DNA from: Myxococcota bacterium
Lineage (GTDB): Bacteria > Myxococcota_A > UBA9160 > UBA4427
Assembly (NCBI GenBank): GCA_965250285.1
Contig: OZ252299.1
Coordinates: 5,920,001 to 5,984,000 of the forward strand
DNA: 64,000 nucleotides
Direction of reading: 5' to 3'
Of this stretch, positions 39,543 through 49,449 are shown in pieces (the first letter of the stretch is position 1; each line of letters opens with the position of its first letter). The notes under the pieces were generated by a model. That model saw only the letters and a program-made list of their open reading frames with translations. It had not been told where the DNA came from and made no database searches. The position numbers and the translations under genes are program-made.

Positions 39543-40970
39543 TCAGCGCAGCGGAATCGCCACGTTGTAGCGACCGTTGCCGCGGCGCACGACCGCGAGT
39601 GCACGGGGTCGTCCCCGCAGATTGAGCAGGGCGCGCTGCAGCGCCTCCTCGCTGTCGAGGCGCATTCCGTTCAGGCCGAGCAGGTTGTCCCCTCGTCGGA
39701 TGCCGACGAGCTCGGCCGGTCCCCGGCGGCGGATCGAGTCGACGATGAAGCCGCGGCCGTCCTTCCATTCGAGTCTCACGCCGATGAATCGGTTCGCGAG
39801 TTCGCCGATCAGATCGTCTGGGATCGGCTCGGCCTCGATCGTCAGGTTCATCTTGCGGTCGTTCCGGAACACTTCCAGGTCGATGGCCTGACCCACGGTC
39901 ACGGTCTCGAGCATCGAGAAGAACTCGCGGGCGCCGTCGACCTTGGTCCCGTCGAGCGTCGCGATCACGTCGCCTCGGCGAAGCCCCGCCTTCGACGCCG
40001 GGCCATCGGGGTCGACGCGGTTCACCAGCACGCCGACCACCCCGTTTGGCAGATCCATCACCTCGCGCAGCGCCGGGTCGAGATTCTGGAAGTCGAGCCC
40101 GAGCGTCACCGGCATCACTTCGCCGTGTTCGATGAGTTCGGCGACCACGCGGAGCGCCGCATCGATGGGGATCGCGAACCCGATCCCCTGGCCCGACCCG
40201 AAGATCGCCGTGTTGATCGCGATCAGGTTGCCCTCGGCGTTGAGCAGCGGCCCGCCCGAGTTGCCGGGGTTGATCGATGCGTCGGTCTGGATGAAGCCGT
40301 GGAAGCTGCGTTCTCCGATCTGGATCGAGCGATCGGTCGCCGACACCACGCCGGTCGTCACCGTGTTCGAGAACCCGAACGGGTTGCCGATCGCGATCAC
40401 GGGCTCGCCGACGAGGATGTCGCGCGATTCGCCCGGGGGCACCCAGGGCAGCTGGTCCTCGGTGTTCACGACCAGCACGGCGAGATCGTTCGTCGGATCG
40501 GCGCCGATGACCTTGGCCTCGTACTCGCGGCCGTCGTTCAGGGTCACGAAGATGCGCGACGCGCTCGCGACCACGTGTTCGTTCGTGAGCACGTGTCGAT
40601 CGGCGTCGATCAGCACGCCCGAGCCGAGGCTCTCGACGGTCTGTCGCCGCTGGGGCGCCATGAACTGCCGGAAGTACGAGTTGGCGCGGTTGTCGTACTG
40701 GTAGAAGGGACTGCGCTGCTCGACCACCTGCTCGGTCGTGATGTTGACGACGGCGGGGCCGACCTTCTCGACCGCGAGCACGGTCGGCGTGCGGCGCAGG
40801 AACGGGTCGTCCGCCAAGGCCCCCGCTGCGGCCGCGAGTGACACGAGCCCGACCGCGAGCCCGGCGACGCACCCGCGAAGGCCGGCGCGGCGGCTCGCTC
40901 CCTGCGGCCCGCGTGCAGCCTCTCCATTCCCCGTGCGGCGAATTCGAGCGATGATCGGCAGACTCCTCAC
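39543..40970 (-). CDS. Second HtrA-family serine protease
   Basis: GSGVLI, TNEHVV, DLAVL, QTDASINPGNSGGPL and PDZ domains. Start uncertain. Confidence 0.9.
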   Translation of the reverse strand: MRSLPIIARIRRTGNGEAARGPQGASRRAGLRGCVAGLAVGLVSLAAAAGALADDPFLRRTPTVLAVEKVGPAVVNITTEQVVEQRSPFYQYDNRANSYFRQFMAPQRRQTVESLGSGVLIDADRHVLTNEHVVASASRIFVTLNDGREYEAKVIGADPTNDLAVLVVNTEDQLPWVPPGESRDILVGEPVIAIGNPFGFSNTVTTGVVSATDRSIQIGERSFHGFIQTDASINPGNSGGPLLNAEGNLIAINTAIFGSGQGIGFAIPIDAALRVVAELIEHGEVMPVTLGLDFQNLDPALREVMDLPNGVVGVLVNRVDPDGPASKAGLRRGDVIATLDGTKVDGAREFFSMLETVTVGQAIDLEVFRNDRKMNLTIEAEPIPDDLIGELANRFIGVRLEWKDGRGFIVDSIRRRGPAELVGIRRGDNLLGLNGMRLDSEEALQRALLNLRGRPRALAVVRRGNGRYNVAIPLR

Positions 40971-41208
40971 GGCGCGGCTGCGGCGGACGCAGCCTGGGGC
41001 GCGATGGGGCAGGACCGTAGCAGTCCCAGGTGGGTGTCCCCGCGAGGGTCGCGGGTTCCGGGTTGGACACGCGAGACGGGCCGTGGGCTCACGTCGCGCC
41101 GCGGGCGCGAAACGGCGCACAGTCGTCCAGGTGTCTCGGTCCCGCACGCGCGAAACCGCGCACAGTTGTCTTCGCGCCTCGGCGCCGCGCAAGGGAAGGG
41201 CTCCGGAC

Positions 41209-42402
41209 TTGTCTTTGCTGTCTGCTGAGTCGGCCCCGTCGGACTTCGTCGACGAGGTGCGAAGCGTCTTCGAGGGGCGCTTCGGCCGTGCGCCCGAGTG
41301 GGGCGCCCGTGCGCCCGGTCGCGTGAACCTGATCGGCGAACACACCGACTATGGCGGCGGTCTGGTGATGCCGTGCGCGATCGACCGCGACACGGTGTGC
41401 TTCGGCGCGCCCCGGGGCGATCGGCGGCTGCGCGTCTTCGCGCGAGACCTGGACGAAACGGCCGAGTTCGATCTCGACGCGCCGACGCGACAGGACGGCT
41501 TCGTCGACTATGTGCAGGCGGTCGTCTGGAGCCTGGCCGAGTCGGGCCACGACGTGCCCGGGCTCGATCTCGTCGTGTCGAGTCGCGTGCCGCCCGAGTC
41601 GGGCCTGTCGAGCTCGGCCGCGCTCGGGCTCGCGGTGATCGGCGTGCTGCAACAGGCGGCCGGGCTCGGTCTCGATCTGGAGACCCAGGCCCGAATCGTC
41701 CACCGCGGCGAGTGTGACTTCGTCGGCGTCGGATGCGGTCTGCTCGATCAATTCGCCAGCGCGCTCGGGCGCCGCGATCACGCCTTGCGCATCGACTGCC
41801 AGACCGGTGCCTGGCGCGCCGTGCCGATGCCGCCGGGCGAGCTCGCGATCCTGCTCGTCCACAGTGAGGTCGAACGCGCGCTCGCAGGCGGCGCCTATCG
41901 ACAGCGCGTCGACGAGTGCGCCGCCGCGGTCGCAGGCGCGCGGGCCGCAGGCATCGGAGGCGCTGGGCTCGAAGCGCTGAGCGACCTCTCGGTCGAGCAT
42001 CTCCCCGCGCTCGAGCGTGTGCTCGACCCGGTGCCCTTTCGGCGAGCGCGGCACGTCCTGACCGAGAACGCGCGCGTCGATGCGTTCGTCGCCGCGCTCG
42101 AGGCGGGCGATCTCGGCGCCCTGGGCCCGATCCTCCACGCCGGCCAGGCCAGCCTGCGCGACGACTACGAGGTCTCGGTGCCCCAGCTCGACGCGCTGTG
42201 TACGTGGGGCGAGGCGACCGAGGGCGTGATCGGCGCGCGGCTCACGGGCGCAGGCTTCGGGGGCTGCGCACTGCTGCTCGTTCGGCCCGCGGCGACCCAG
42301 TCGGTGGCCGCCGCGATGCAGGCGCGGTTCGCCGAGCGCTTCGGCCGAACGCCGCGCGTCTTCGCCGTGCACGTCGGCGACGGGGCGGCACCGATCGTCT
42401 GA
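41209..42402 (+). CDS. galK: Galactokinase
   Basis: APGRVNLIGEHTDY, GLSSSAA, CGLLDQ, SLRDDYEVS and GARLTGAGFGG. Confidence 0.95.
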   Translation: MSLLSAESAPSDFVDEVRSVFEGRFGRAPEWGARAPGRVNLIGEHTDYGGGLVMPCAIDRDTVCFGAPRGDRRLRVFARDLDETAEFDLDAPTRQDGFVDYVQAVVWSLAESGHDVPGLDLVVSSRVPPESGLSSSAALGLAVIGVLQQAAGLGLDLETQARIVHRGECDFVGVGCGLLDQFASALGRRDHALRIDCQTGAWRAVPMPPGELAILLVHSEVERALAGGAYRQRVDECAAAVAGARAAGIGGAGLEALSDLSVEHLPALERVLDPVPFRRARHVLTENARVDAFVAALEAGDLGALGPILHAGQASLRDDYEVSVPQLDALCTWGEATEGVIGARLTGAGFGGCALLLVRPAATQSVAAAMQARFAERFGRTPRVFAVHVGDGAAPIV

Positions 42403-42408
42403 CGGTCC

Positions 42409-43041
42409 TCAGTCGACGTCGAGCGCCGCACGCAGGCTGCGCACGGCCGCGACGGGGTCTCGCGCCTGCAGGACGTGACCCGTCACGGCGATCCCGGCCG
42501 CGCCGGCTGTGCGCGCCGACGCTGCGTTCTGTTCGGTGAGGCCGCCCTGGGCGATCACCCGCCCCGGCAACCCGGTCAGCACCTGGGCGCCGAGCGCCGT
42601 TCGCTCCGGGGGCTTCGAGATCGGGTCGAAGATCGGCGCGAGGTGCGCGTAGTCGGCGCCGCGCGCGACTGCGGCGCGCACCTCGTCGACGCTGTGACAC
42701 GACACGCCGATCAGCGCGCCTGGCCCGACGAGGCTGCGCGCTGCATCGATTGGCAGCGCGTCGAAGCCCAGGTGCACGCCGTCGGCCCCCGCCGCCAGGG
42801 CGACATCGGCGCGCCGGTTCACGATCACGCGCGCCGGCCGATCGGCGCTGCGAGCGCCCGCGACGAGCGCGCGCGTGAAGTCGTAGAGCGCATCGGCCTC
42901 GAGCGTGCGATCGCGCACCTGGAGCCAGTCGACGCCGGCCTCGATCAGCGCGCGCACGCGCTCGGTCGGGCCGTCGTCGCCGCCCGCCAGACCTGCGCGG
43001 TCGACCACGAGACAGATCAGCGAAGCGCGGTCACTCGACAC
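42409..43041 (-). CDS. thiE: Thiamine-phosphate synthase (ThiE/TenI family)
   Basis: WLQVRDR, IVNRRADVA, ADGVHLG, GVSCHS and APIF...SK; downstream of thiG. Confidence 0.8.
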   Translation of the reverse strand: MSSDRASLICLVVDRAGLAGGDDGPTERVRALIEAGVDWLQVRDRTLEADALYDFTRALVAGARSADRPARVIVNRRADVALAAGADGVHLGFDALPIDAARSLVGPGALIGVSCHSVDEVRAAVARGADYAHLAPIFDPISKPPERTALGAQVLTGLPGRVIAQGGLTEQNAASARTAGAAGIAVTGHVLQARDPVAAVRSLRAALDVD

Positions 43042-43058
43042 GCGGGGCGCGCTTCGCG

Positions 43059-43847
43059 CTAGAAGCGCGCCATCCCGTCGAGCGGGCTCGAAGCGGTGGC
43101 GTAGAGCCGCATCGGCATGCGGCCCGAGACGTACGCGAGGCGGCCCGCCTCGATGCCGAGCCTCATCGCACGGGCCATCGCCAGCGGATCCTTGGCGGCC
43201 GCGATGGCCGTGTTCATGAGCACGGCCGTCGCGCCGAGCTCCATCGCGACGGCGGCGTCGCTCGCCGTGCCTACGCCGGCGTCGACGATCACCGGCACCT
43301 CGACGGTCTCCATGATGATGCGCAGATTGGCCGGGTTGCGGATGCCCATGCCCGAGCCGATCGGCGCCGCGAGCGGCATGACCGCCGGGCAGCCCATCGC
43401 CTCGAGCTGCTGACACGCCACCGGGTCGTCGGTCACGTAGGGCAGCACCGTGAAGCCATCGTCGAGCAGCACTTTGGCGGCTTCGAGGGTGGCGGCCACG
43501 TCGGGGTAGAGCGTTCTCTCGTCGCCGATGACCTCGAGCTTGACGAGATCGGTGTCGAGCAGCTCGCGCCCCAGACGCGCGGTCGTGATGGCGTCGTCGG
43601 CCGTGTAGCAGCCCGCCGTGTTCGGCAGGATCGTGAAGCGTTCGGGCGAGATCACGTCGAGCAGGCTCGGCCCCTTGCTCTTGTCGAGGTTCACGCGGCG
43701 GAGCGCGACGGTGATCATCTCGGCCCCGCTCGCCTCGAGGCACGCGAGGTTCTGCTCGAAGCTCTCGTACTTGCCGCTGCCGATGATGAGTCGCGACGAG
43801 AACGTGCGGTCGCCGACCTTGAACGTATCGGTCTGCTCTTCGGACAT
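43059..43847 (-). CDS. thiG: Thiazole synthase
   Basis: [34 protein letters not shown] and DAGVGTASD. Confidence 0.97.
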   Translation of the reverse strand: MSEEQTDTFKVGDRTFSSRLIIGSGKYESFEQNLACLEASGAEMITVALRRVNLDKSKGPSLLDVISPERFTILPNTAGCYTADDAITTARLGRELLDTDLVKLEVIGDERTLYPDVAATLEAAKVLLDDGFTVLPYVTDDPVACQQLEAMGCPAVMPLAAPIGSGMGIRNPANLRIIMETVEVPVIVDAGVGTASDAAVAMELGATAVLMNTAIAAAKDPLAMARAMRLGIEAGRLAYVSGRMPMRLYATASSPLDGMARF

Positions 43848-43852
43848 GTCTT

Positions 43853-44077
43853 TCAACCTCCCCCCACCGCTTCGAGAATCTCCACCCGATCGCCGGCGGC
43901 GATCACGCAGCGCGCGTGCTGTGAGCGCGGCACGACCTCGCGGTTGATCGCGACTGCGACGCGCTTGCCCTCGAGGCCGAGCGACCGGATCAGGGCCGGC
44001 AGCGCGCCGCCCTCGGGCAGCGCGCGAGGCTCGCCGTTTACGAGAATGGAGGCGCTCGGGGTCGGGGCTTCGCTCAT
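43853..44077 (-). CDS. thiS: Sulfur carrier protein ThiS
   Basis: ILVNGE...[13 protein letters not shown]...[12 protein letters not shown] with a C-terminal di-Gly. Confidence 0.93.
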   Translation of the reverse strand: MSEAPTPSASILVNGEPRALPEGGALPALIRSLGLEGKRVAVAINREVVPRSQHARCVIAAGDRVEILEAVGGG

Positions 44078-44296
44078 GGCGACCTCGCCGCAGCTGGGCG
44101 TCGCGGGTGGATGCGCCGGGGCCGTGTCCCCCCGCGCCCCGCCACGGTACATCGCATGCGCGCCGCAGACACGCGCGCCGCCGCCCGCGTCGCGTGATCG
44201 TGGCCGGCGTCGAACGCCTTGGCGGCGCACGGTCGCCTCGACTATCCATGCGCGAGTCGCTGCCACGTCGCGGGGCGGCCCGATCCGGAGACCTCG

Positions 44297-45472
44297 ATGA
44301 GCCCCGACTCTGTCCGCGAGCCCGCTCCCGAACGGCCGTGCGAGGCCGTCGTCGATCTCGGCGCGCTGGTGGCCAACTACGAGCTCGCCGGCCGGATCGC
44401 GGGCGGACGGCCGCTGTATCCGGTGATCAAGGCCGACGCGTACGGCCACGGCGCGCTCGTGGTGGCCCGCGCCCTCGTCGAGGCCGGGGCCGATCGACTC
44501 TCGGTGCTCTCGGTCAAGGAGGCCGCCGAGCTGCGCCACGACGGCGTCGAGGTGCCGATCCTCGTGCTCGCCGGGGCCGCGAGCGCGGCCGAGGCCGACG
44601 CTGCGGTCGGCCTCGACCTGGTGGTCGCGGTGCACGATTTCGCCGATGCCGACCGCCTCGGGCAGGCCGCGGCCGCCTTCGGGCGGACGGTCCGCGTGCA
44701 CGTCGAGGTCGATACCGGCATGCGGCGGATGGGCGTCGCGACCGAGCAGGCGGTCGCGCTGTTGCGCCACGTCGTCGCCACCGAGCGCCTCGAGCTCGAA
44801 GGCGCGTTCACGCACTTCGCGCGGGCGGACGAGGACGACCCGAAGCCGAGCCTCGACCAGATCGAGGCCTTTCGAGCGGTGCTGGCGGCCGCGGCGTCCG
44901 ATGGGATCCGCCCGGCGGTGCTGCACACGCACAACTCGGCGGCCCTGCTCGCCGGGGATCCGCTGACGGATGCCTTCCCCGAGGCCACCGCGGCGCGGCC
45001 CGGGCTCATGCTCTACGGCGTGGCACAGGGCCCGGGTCACGTGGGTCGGGCCGAGCTGCGCCCGGTGATGACCGTCTCGGCCTCGTTGATCGCCGTGCGC
45101 GATGCCGCGCCCGGTGACGGCGTCGGCTACGGCTCGCTGCACCGCTACGACGCGCCCGGCCGCGTCGGCACGGTGGCCCTCGGGTATGCCGACGGCGTGC
45201 CCGTCGCGCTGACCGGCAGCGGCCGCGTGCATCAGGGCGGGCGCGCGATCCCGATGATCGGTCGTGTCTCGATGGATTCGTTCGGCGTCGACCTCACCGG
45301 CACCGCGGCAGAGGTCGGCGATCACGTCGTCTTCTTCGGCGACGTCGGCGACGCGGGCGACCACGGGAGTCGCGTCGAGGCCCAGGCCGCCCGAGCGGGC
45401 ACGATCCCGTACGAGCTGCTCGTGCGCATCGGCGCCCGGGTCCCGCGGCGCTACGTGGGCCGCGGCGACTGA
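44297..45472 (+). CDS. alr: Alanine racemase
   Basis: [41 protein letters not shown] and TIPYE. Confidence 0.96.
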   Translation: MSPDSVREPAPERPCEAVVDLGALVANYELAGRIAGGRPLYPVIKADAYGHGALVVARALVEAGADRLSVLSVKEAAELRHDGVEVPILVLAGAASAAEADAAVGLDLVVAVHDFADADRLGQAAAAFGRTVRVHVEVDTGMRRMGVATEQAVALLRHVVATERLELEGAFTHFARADEDDPKPSLDQIEAFRAVLAAAASDGIRPAVLHTHNSAALLAGDPLTDAFPEATAARPGLMLYGVAQGPGHVGRAELRPVMTVSASLIAVRDAAPGDGVGYGSLHRYDAPGRVGTVALGYADGVPVALTGSGRVHQGGRAIPMIGRVSMDSFGVDLTGTAAEVGDHVVFFGDVGDAGDHGSRVEAQAARAGTIPYELLVRIGARVPRRYVGRGD

Positions 45473-45639
45473 GCCGGTCGCCGGGCGGGCGATTGCGCAG
45501 CGCTTCGGAGCACCCCGCGAGAATGGCAGCGAGGCGGCGTCTGGGTTAGAAACTCGGGCGTTCCCCCCATTCCACATAGCCTCTCACCCGCCTTGGCAGA
45601 CGTGCAGACGATGCAGGCGGACCTCCCAGGAGAGAGCCC

Positions 45640-47223
45640 ATGCCCCCCTCCGAGTCGCGTCGACCCGTGTCGCGCGCCCTGCTTTCGGTTTCGGACAAGA
45701 CCGGCCTCGTCGACTTCGCCAAGGGCCTCGCCGCGGCGGGCGTCGAACTCGTCGCGAGCGGTGGCACCGCGAGCGCGATTCGCGACGCCGGCCTCACGGT
45801 GCTCGACGTCAGTGACCTCACGAAGAGCCCCGAGATGCTCGGCGGGCGCGTGAAGACGCTGCACCCGAAGGTGCATGGCGGCATCCTCGGCCGCCGCGAT
45901 CTCGAGAGCGATGCGGCCGACATGCAGGCCAACGACATCGCTCCGATCGACCTCGTCGTGGTCAATCTCTACCCCTTCGAAGAGACCGTTGCGCAACCGG
46001 GCACGACCTTCGCCGAGGGCATCGAGAAGATCGACATCGGCGGGCCTTCGATGCTGCGCAGCTCGGCCAAGAACCACGCCTACGTGGGCGTGGTCTGCGA
46101 TCCCGGCGACTACGCCCAGGTGCTCGCCGAGATCAGCGACGAAGGGGGCCTCGCCGAGAAGACGCGCCAGGGGCTCGCGCTCAAGGCGTTCCGCATGACG
46201 GCTGCCTACGATGCCGCGATCCAGACGTGGCTGGCCGAGCAGACCGGGGATCGCGTCGGCGAAGACGATGGCGCGGCGTTCAGTGACAAGCTGCTCGTAT
46301 CGCTGCCCAAGGCCGACGAGCTTCGCTACGGCGAGAACCCCCACCAGGCGGCTGCGCTCTACGGCGACTTCCTCGAGATCGCGAAGCCGCTCCACGGCAA
46401 GGCGCTGTCGTTCAACAACATCGTCGACGTGCAGGCGTCGCTCGCGTTGATCAAGGATTTCGATCCTTCTGCCGGTGCCGTGGTGGCGATCCTCAAGCAC
46501 AACACGCCGTGCGGTGTCGGCCTCGGCGCGTCGCCGCTCGAGGCATACGAGCGGGCGTTCGAGACCGACCCCGATTCGCCGTTCGGCGGCATCATCGTGT
46601 CGAACGTGCCCTTCGACCTCGCGATCGCCGAGAAGGTAGACGAGATCTTCACCGAGGTGCTCGTCGCGCCGGGCTTCGACGAGGCGTCGCTCGCGATACT
46701 CCAGAAGAAGAAGAACCGCCGACTGCTCAGCTACGACCCGGCGCGCCTGCCCGAGGCCCAGCTCGACGTGCGCGGCGTCTACGGTGGGCTGCTCGTGCAG
46801 ACGCCCGATCTCGCCGCCGACGAGCTGGCGACCGCTCAGTGTGTCACCAAGATCAAGCCGAGCGACGAGCAGCAGCGCGCCCTCGAGCTGATGTGGCGTG
46901 TGGTCAAGCACGTGAAGAGCAACGCGATCGTCTTCGGTGACGACGGCCGCACGCTGGCCGTCGGCGGCGGCGCGACCTCTCGCGTCGACGCCGTGCACGC
47001 GGCCGTGGCGAAGGCCGGCCGCGTCGGGCTCTCACTCGAGGGCTCGGTGCTCGCGAGCGACGCGTTCTTCCCGTTCCCCGACGGCCTCGAAGCGGCGGTC
47101 GGTGCGGGTGCGCGCGCGGTGATCCAGCCGGGCGGCTCGAATCGCGACGAGCTCGTGATCGAGGCGGCCGACCGGCTGGGGATCCCGATGCTGTTCACCG
47201 GCAAGCGGCACTTCCGGCACTGA
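45640..47223 (+). CDS. purH: Bifunctional AICAR transformylase/IMP cyclohydrolase
   Basis: ALLSVSDKTG, GRVKTLHP, IDIGGP, LRYGENPHQ, SDAFFPF and RHFRH. Confidence 0.97.
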   Translation: MPPSESRRPVSRALLSVSDKTGLVDFAKGLAAAGVELVASGGTASAIRDAGLTVLDVSDLTKSPEMLGGRVKTLHPKVHGGILGRRDLESDAADMQANDIAPIDLVVVNLYPFEETVAQPGTTFAEGIEKIDIGGPSMLRSSAKNHAYVGVVCDPGDYAQVLAEISDEGGLAEKTRQGLALKAFRMTAAYDAAIQTWLAEQTGDRVGEDDGAAFSDKLLVSLPKADELRYGENPHQAAALYGDFLEIAKPLHGKALSFNNIVDVQASLALIKDFDPSAGAVVAILKHNTPCGVGLGASPLEAYERAFETDPDSPFGGIIVSNVPFDLAIAEKVDEIFTEVLVAPGFDEASLAILQKKKNRRLLSYDPARLPEAQLDVRGVYGGLLVQTPDLAADELATAQCVTKIKPSDEQQRALELMWRVVKHVKSNAIVFGDDGRTLAVGGGATSRVDAVHAAVAKAGRVGLSLEGSVLASDAFFPFPDGLEAAVGAGARAVIQPGGSNRDELVIEAADRLGIPMLFTGKRHFRH

Positions 47224-47263
47224 TCGCGGCCGGGCGGGCGCTCGGGCCCTTCGAGCTGCTGGC

Positions 47264-47317
47264 GTGCTCCGTGTGCTTGGCCTGCTCGGTGTGCTCGGGG
47301 TGCTCGGGGTGCTCGGT
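47264..47317 (+). repeat. Six-copy 9-bp tandem repeat (GTGCTCGGN)
   Basis: gtgctccgt gtgcttggc ctgctcggt gtgctcggg gtgctcggg gtgctcggt, just before the purD RBS. Confidence 0.85.
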
Positions 47318-47334
47318 GTAAGAGGAGGCGTGAG

Positions 47335-48615
47335 ATGAAGGTCCTGGTGCTGGGCTCAGGTGGACGCGAGCACGCGCTCGTCTGGAAGATCGCGCAGAGC
47401 GAGCGGGTCGAAGCGGTGCTCGCAGCACCGGGCAGCGCCGCGATGAGCGAGCTGGCCGAGTGTCATCCCGAGGTGTCGGTGAACGACCTCGACGCCGTCG
47501 TCGAGCTCGCGGGCAACGAGGGGGTCGATCTGGTCGTGGTCGGGCCCGAGGATCCGCTCGCCGCCGGCGTGAGCGATCGCCTGCGCGACGCGGGCATCCA
47601 CGTCTTCGGCCCGTCGGCCGCCGCTGCACAGCTCGAAGGCAGCAAGGCGTTCGCGAAGGCCTTCATGGATCGCCACGCGATCCCGACCGCGGCGCATGCC
47701 GTTTTCGATGACCTCGATGCAGCGCTCGCCTACGTGCGCGATCAGAACAAGCCCTGCGTGGTGAAGGCCGACGGTCTCGCCGCGGGCAAGGGCGTCGCCA
47801 TGTGTGAAGACGTCGCGGCGGCCGAAGCGGCGCTGCGCGAGATCATGGCCGACAAGCGCTTTGGCGAGGCCGGCGACACGGTGGTCATCGAAGAGTGGCT
47901 GCAGGGCGAAGAGGCGAGCTACTACGCGATCAGCGACGGCGACCACATCGTCTGCCTCGCAGCGGCGCAGGATCACAAGCGCGCCCTCGACGGCGACCAG
48001 GGCGAGAACACCGGGGGCATGGGTGCCTACTCGCCGGCGCCGGTGGTGAACGACGCCGTCGAGCGCAAGATCATCGATCGGGTCGTCACGCCGACGATCG
48101 CGGGCATGAAGGCCGAGGGGCATCCCTATCAGGGCGTGCTCTTCGTCGGGCTCATGATCGACGCCGCGGGCGACCCCTACGTCATCGAGTTCAACGTGCG
48201 CTTCGGCGACCCCGAGACCCAGCCGCTCATGGCGCGCATGCAGGGCGATTTCGTCCCGCTGCTCGATGGCGCGGCCAAGGGCGACCTGACCGGCGCGCCG
48301 CCGCTCGACTGGGGGGCGAGCGCGGTCTGTGTGGTGATGGCGAGCGGGGGCTATCCGCGCAGCTATCCGAAGGGGCTCGCCATCGGTGGCCTCGACGCGG
48401 CGTCGGCGCGCGCGGGCGTGACCGTCTTTCACGCGGGCACACACCGAACCGACTCGGGCGGGTTCCACACGAACGGCGGACGCGTGCTCGGCGTGACCGC
48501 GCTGGGTCCGACGGTGAAGGAGGCGCGCGACCTCGCGTACGCCGCCGTCGCCGACATCGAGTTCGACGGCGCGCACCACCGCAGCGACATCGCGGCCCGC
48601 GCCCTCGATCGCTGA
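47335..48615 (+). CDS. purD: Phosphoribosylamine--glycine ligase
   Basis: GSGGREHAL, VGPE, LEGSK, KADGLAAGKGV, NTGGMGAY and EFNVRFGDPE. Confidence 0.98.
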   Translation: MKVLVLGSGGREHALVWKIAQSERVEAVLAAPGSAAMSELAECHPEVSVNDLDAVVELAGNEGVDLVVVGPEDPLAAGVSDRLRDAGIHVFGPSAAAAQLEGSKAFAKAFMDRHAIPTAAHAVFDDLDAALAYVRDQNKPCVVKADGLAAGKGVAMCEDVAAAEAALREIMADKRFGEAGDTVVIEEWLQGEEASYYAISDGDHIVCLAAAQDHKRALDGDQGENTGGMGAYSPAPVVNDAVERKIIDRVVTPTIAGMKAEGHPYQGVLFVGLMIDAAGDPYVIEFNVRFGDPETQPLMARMQGDFVPLLDGAAKGDLTGAPPLDWGASAVCVVMASGGYPRSYPKGLAIGGLDAASARAGVTVFHAGTHRTDSGGFHTNGGRVLGVTALGPTVKEARDLAYAAVADIEFDGAHHRSDIAARALDR

Positions 48616-48635
48616 TCGCCCTCGGTCGACCCGCC

Positions 48636-49286
48636 TTGACGCTGACTGCGCCCATCGCCGACGCCCTCGACCGACTCGCCGACCGCGAGCTCGTGGCGTA
48701 TCCGACCGAGACCGGGTGGGGCGTCGGTGCGCTCGCGCGCTCGGCCCAGGCCGTGGATCGACTGCGCGCGTGGAAGGGACGCAGCGAGGTCAAGCCGTTC
48801 CCCGTGCTCGTCGGCAACACGGCGGCGATCGAATCGGGGGGCTTCGTGGTCGACGCGGGGGTGCGCCGCGTGGTCGAAGCGTTCTGGCCGGGGCCGCTGA
48901 CGGTGATCCTGCGCTGCCGCGAACGCTACGCGCCGGGGATCGCGAACGCCGACGGCGCGATCGGCGTGCGGTGCAGTCCGCACCCGGTGGCCGCTGCGCT
49001 CGCGACGGGGGCCCAGGAGCGGGGCCTCGGACCGATCACCGCGGCGAGCCTCGGCAAAGCCGGCGAGGCCCCGGCCGAGACGCTCGACGATGCGCGGCGC
49101 GTGTGTGCGACGCCGCCCGCCCCGTGGCTCGTCGAGCCGGGCGCCGACGACGCGAACGGAGAGGCGCCGTCGACCGTGCTCGACCTCGCGAGCGGACGCC
49201 CGCGCGTGCTGCGCCTCGGCCCCATCGCGCGCGAAGCGATCGCCGAGGTCCTCGGTCTCGAGGTCGACGCCGCGCCCGGGGCTTGA
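48636..49286 (+). CDS. tsaC: L-threonylcarbamoyladenylate synthase (YrdC/TsaC family), atypical motif
   Basis: YPTET, KGR...KP, FWPGPLT, GVR and PSTVLD; the SxN motif reads SLG. Confidence 0.8.
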   Translation: MTLTAPIADALDRLADRELVAYPTETGWGVGALARSAQAVDRLRAWKGRSEVKPFPVLVGNTAAIESGGFVVDAGVRRVVEAFWPGPLTVILRCRERYAPGIANADGAIGVRCSPHPVAAALATGAQERGLGPITAASLGKAGEAPAETLDDARRVCATPPAPWLVEPGADDANGEAPSTVLDLASGRPRVLRLGPIAREAIAEVLGLEVDAAPGA

Positions 49287-49449
49287 TGCGGGCCGCGGCG
49301 ACGCACGCATCGTCGACACGCGCGATCCTCAGGTGGGCCCCACACTCTCGGTGCCCGGGGCCTGATTCGGCGTCGCGCGGGCCGGGGTACGCTGTGCCCG
49401 ACCGCTCTCGGCTCGCTGGCTCGAGGCCCATCGCTGCAGGAGACCGCGC

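Noticed and set aside
44078..44296. Possible TPP riboswitch upstream of thiS
   Set aside because: No CUGAGA or ACCUGAUC core on the minus strand.
45473..45639. Possible ZMP/ZTP riboswitch upstream of purH
   Set aside because: The conserved GACUGGCG and CGCCUGGG elements are not present.
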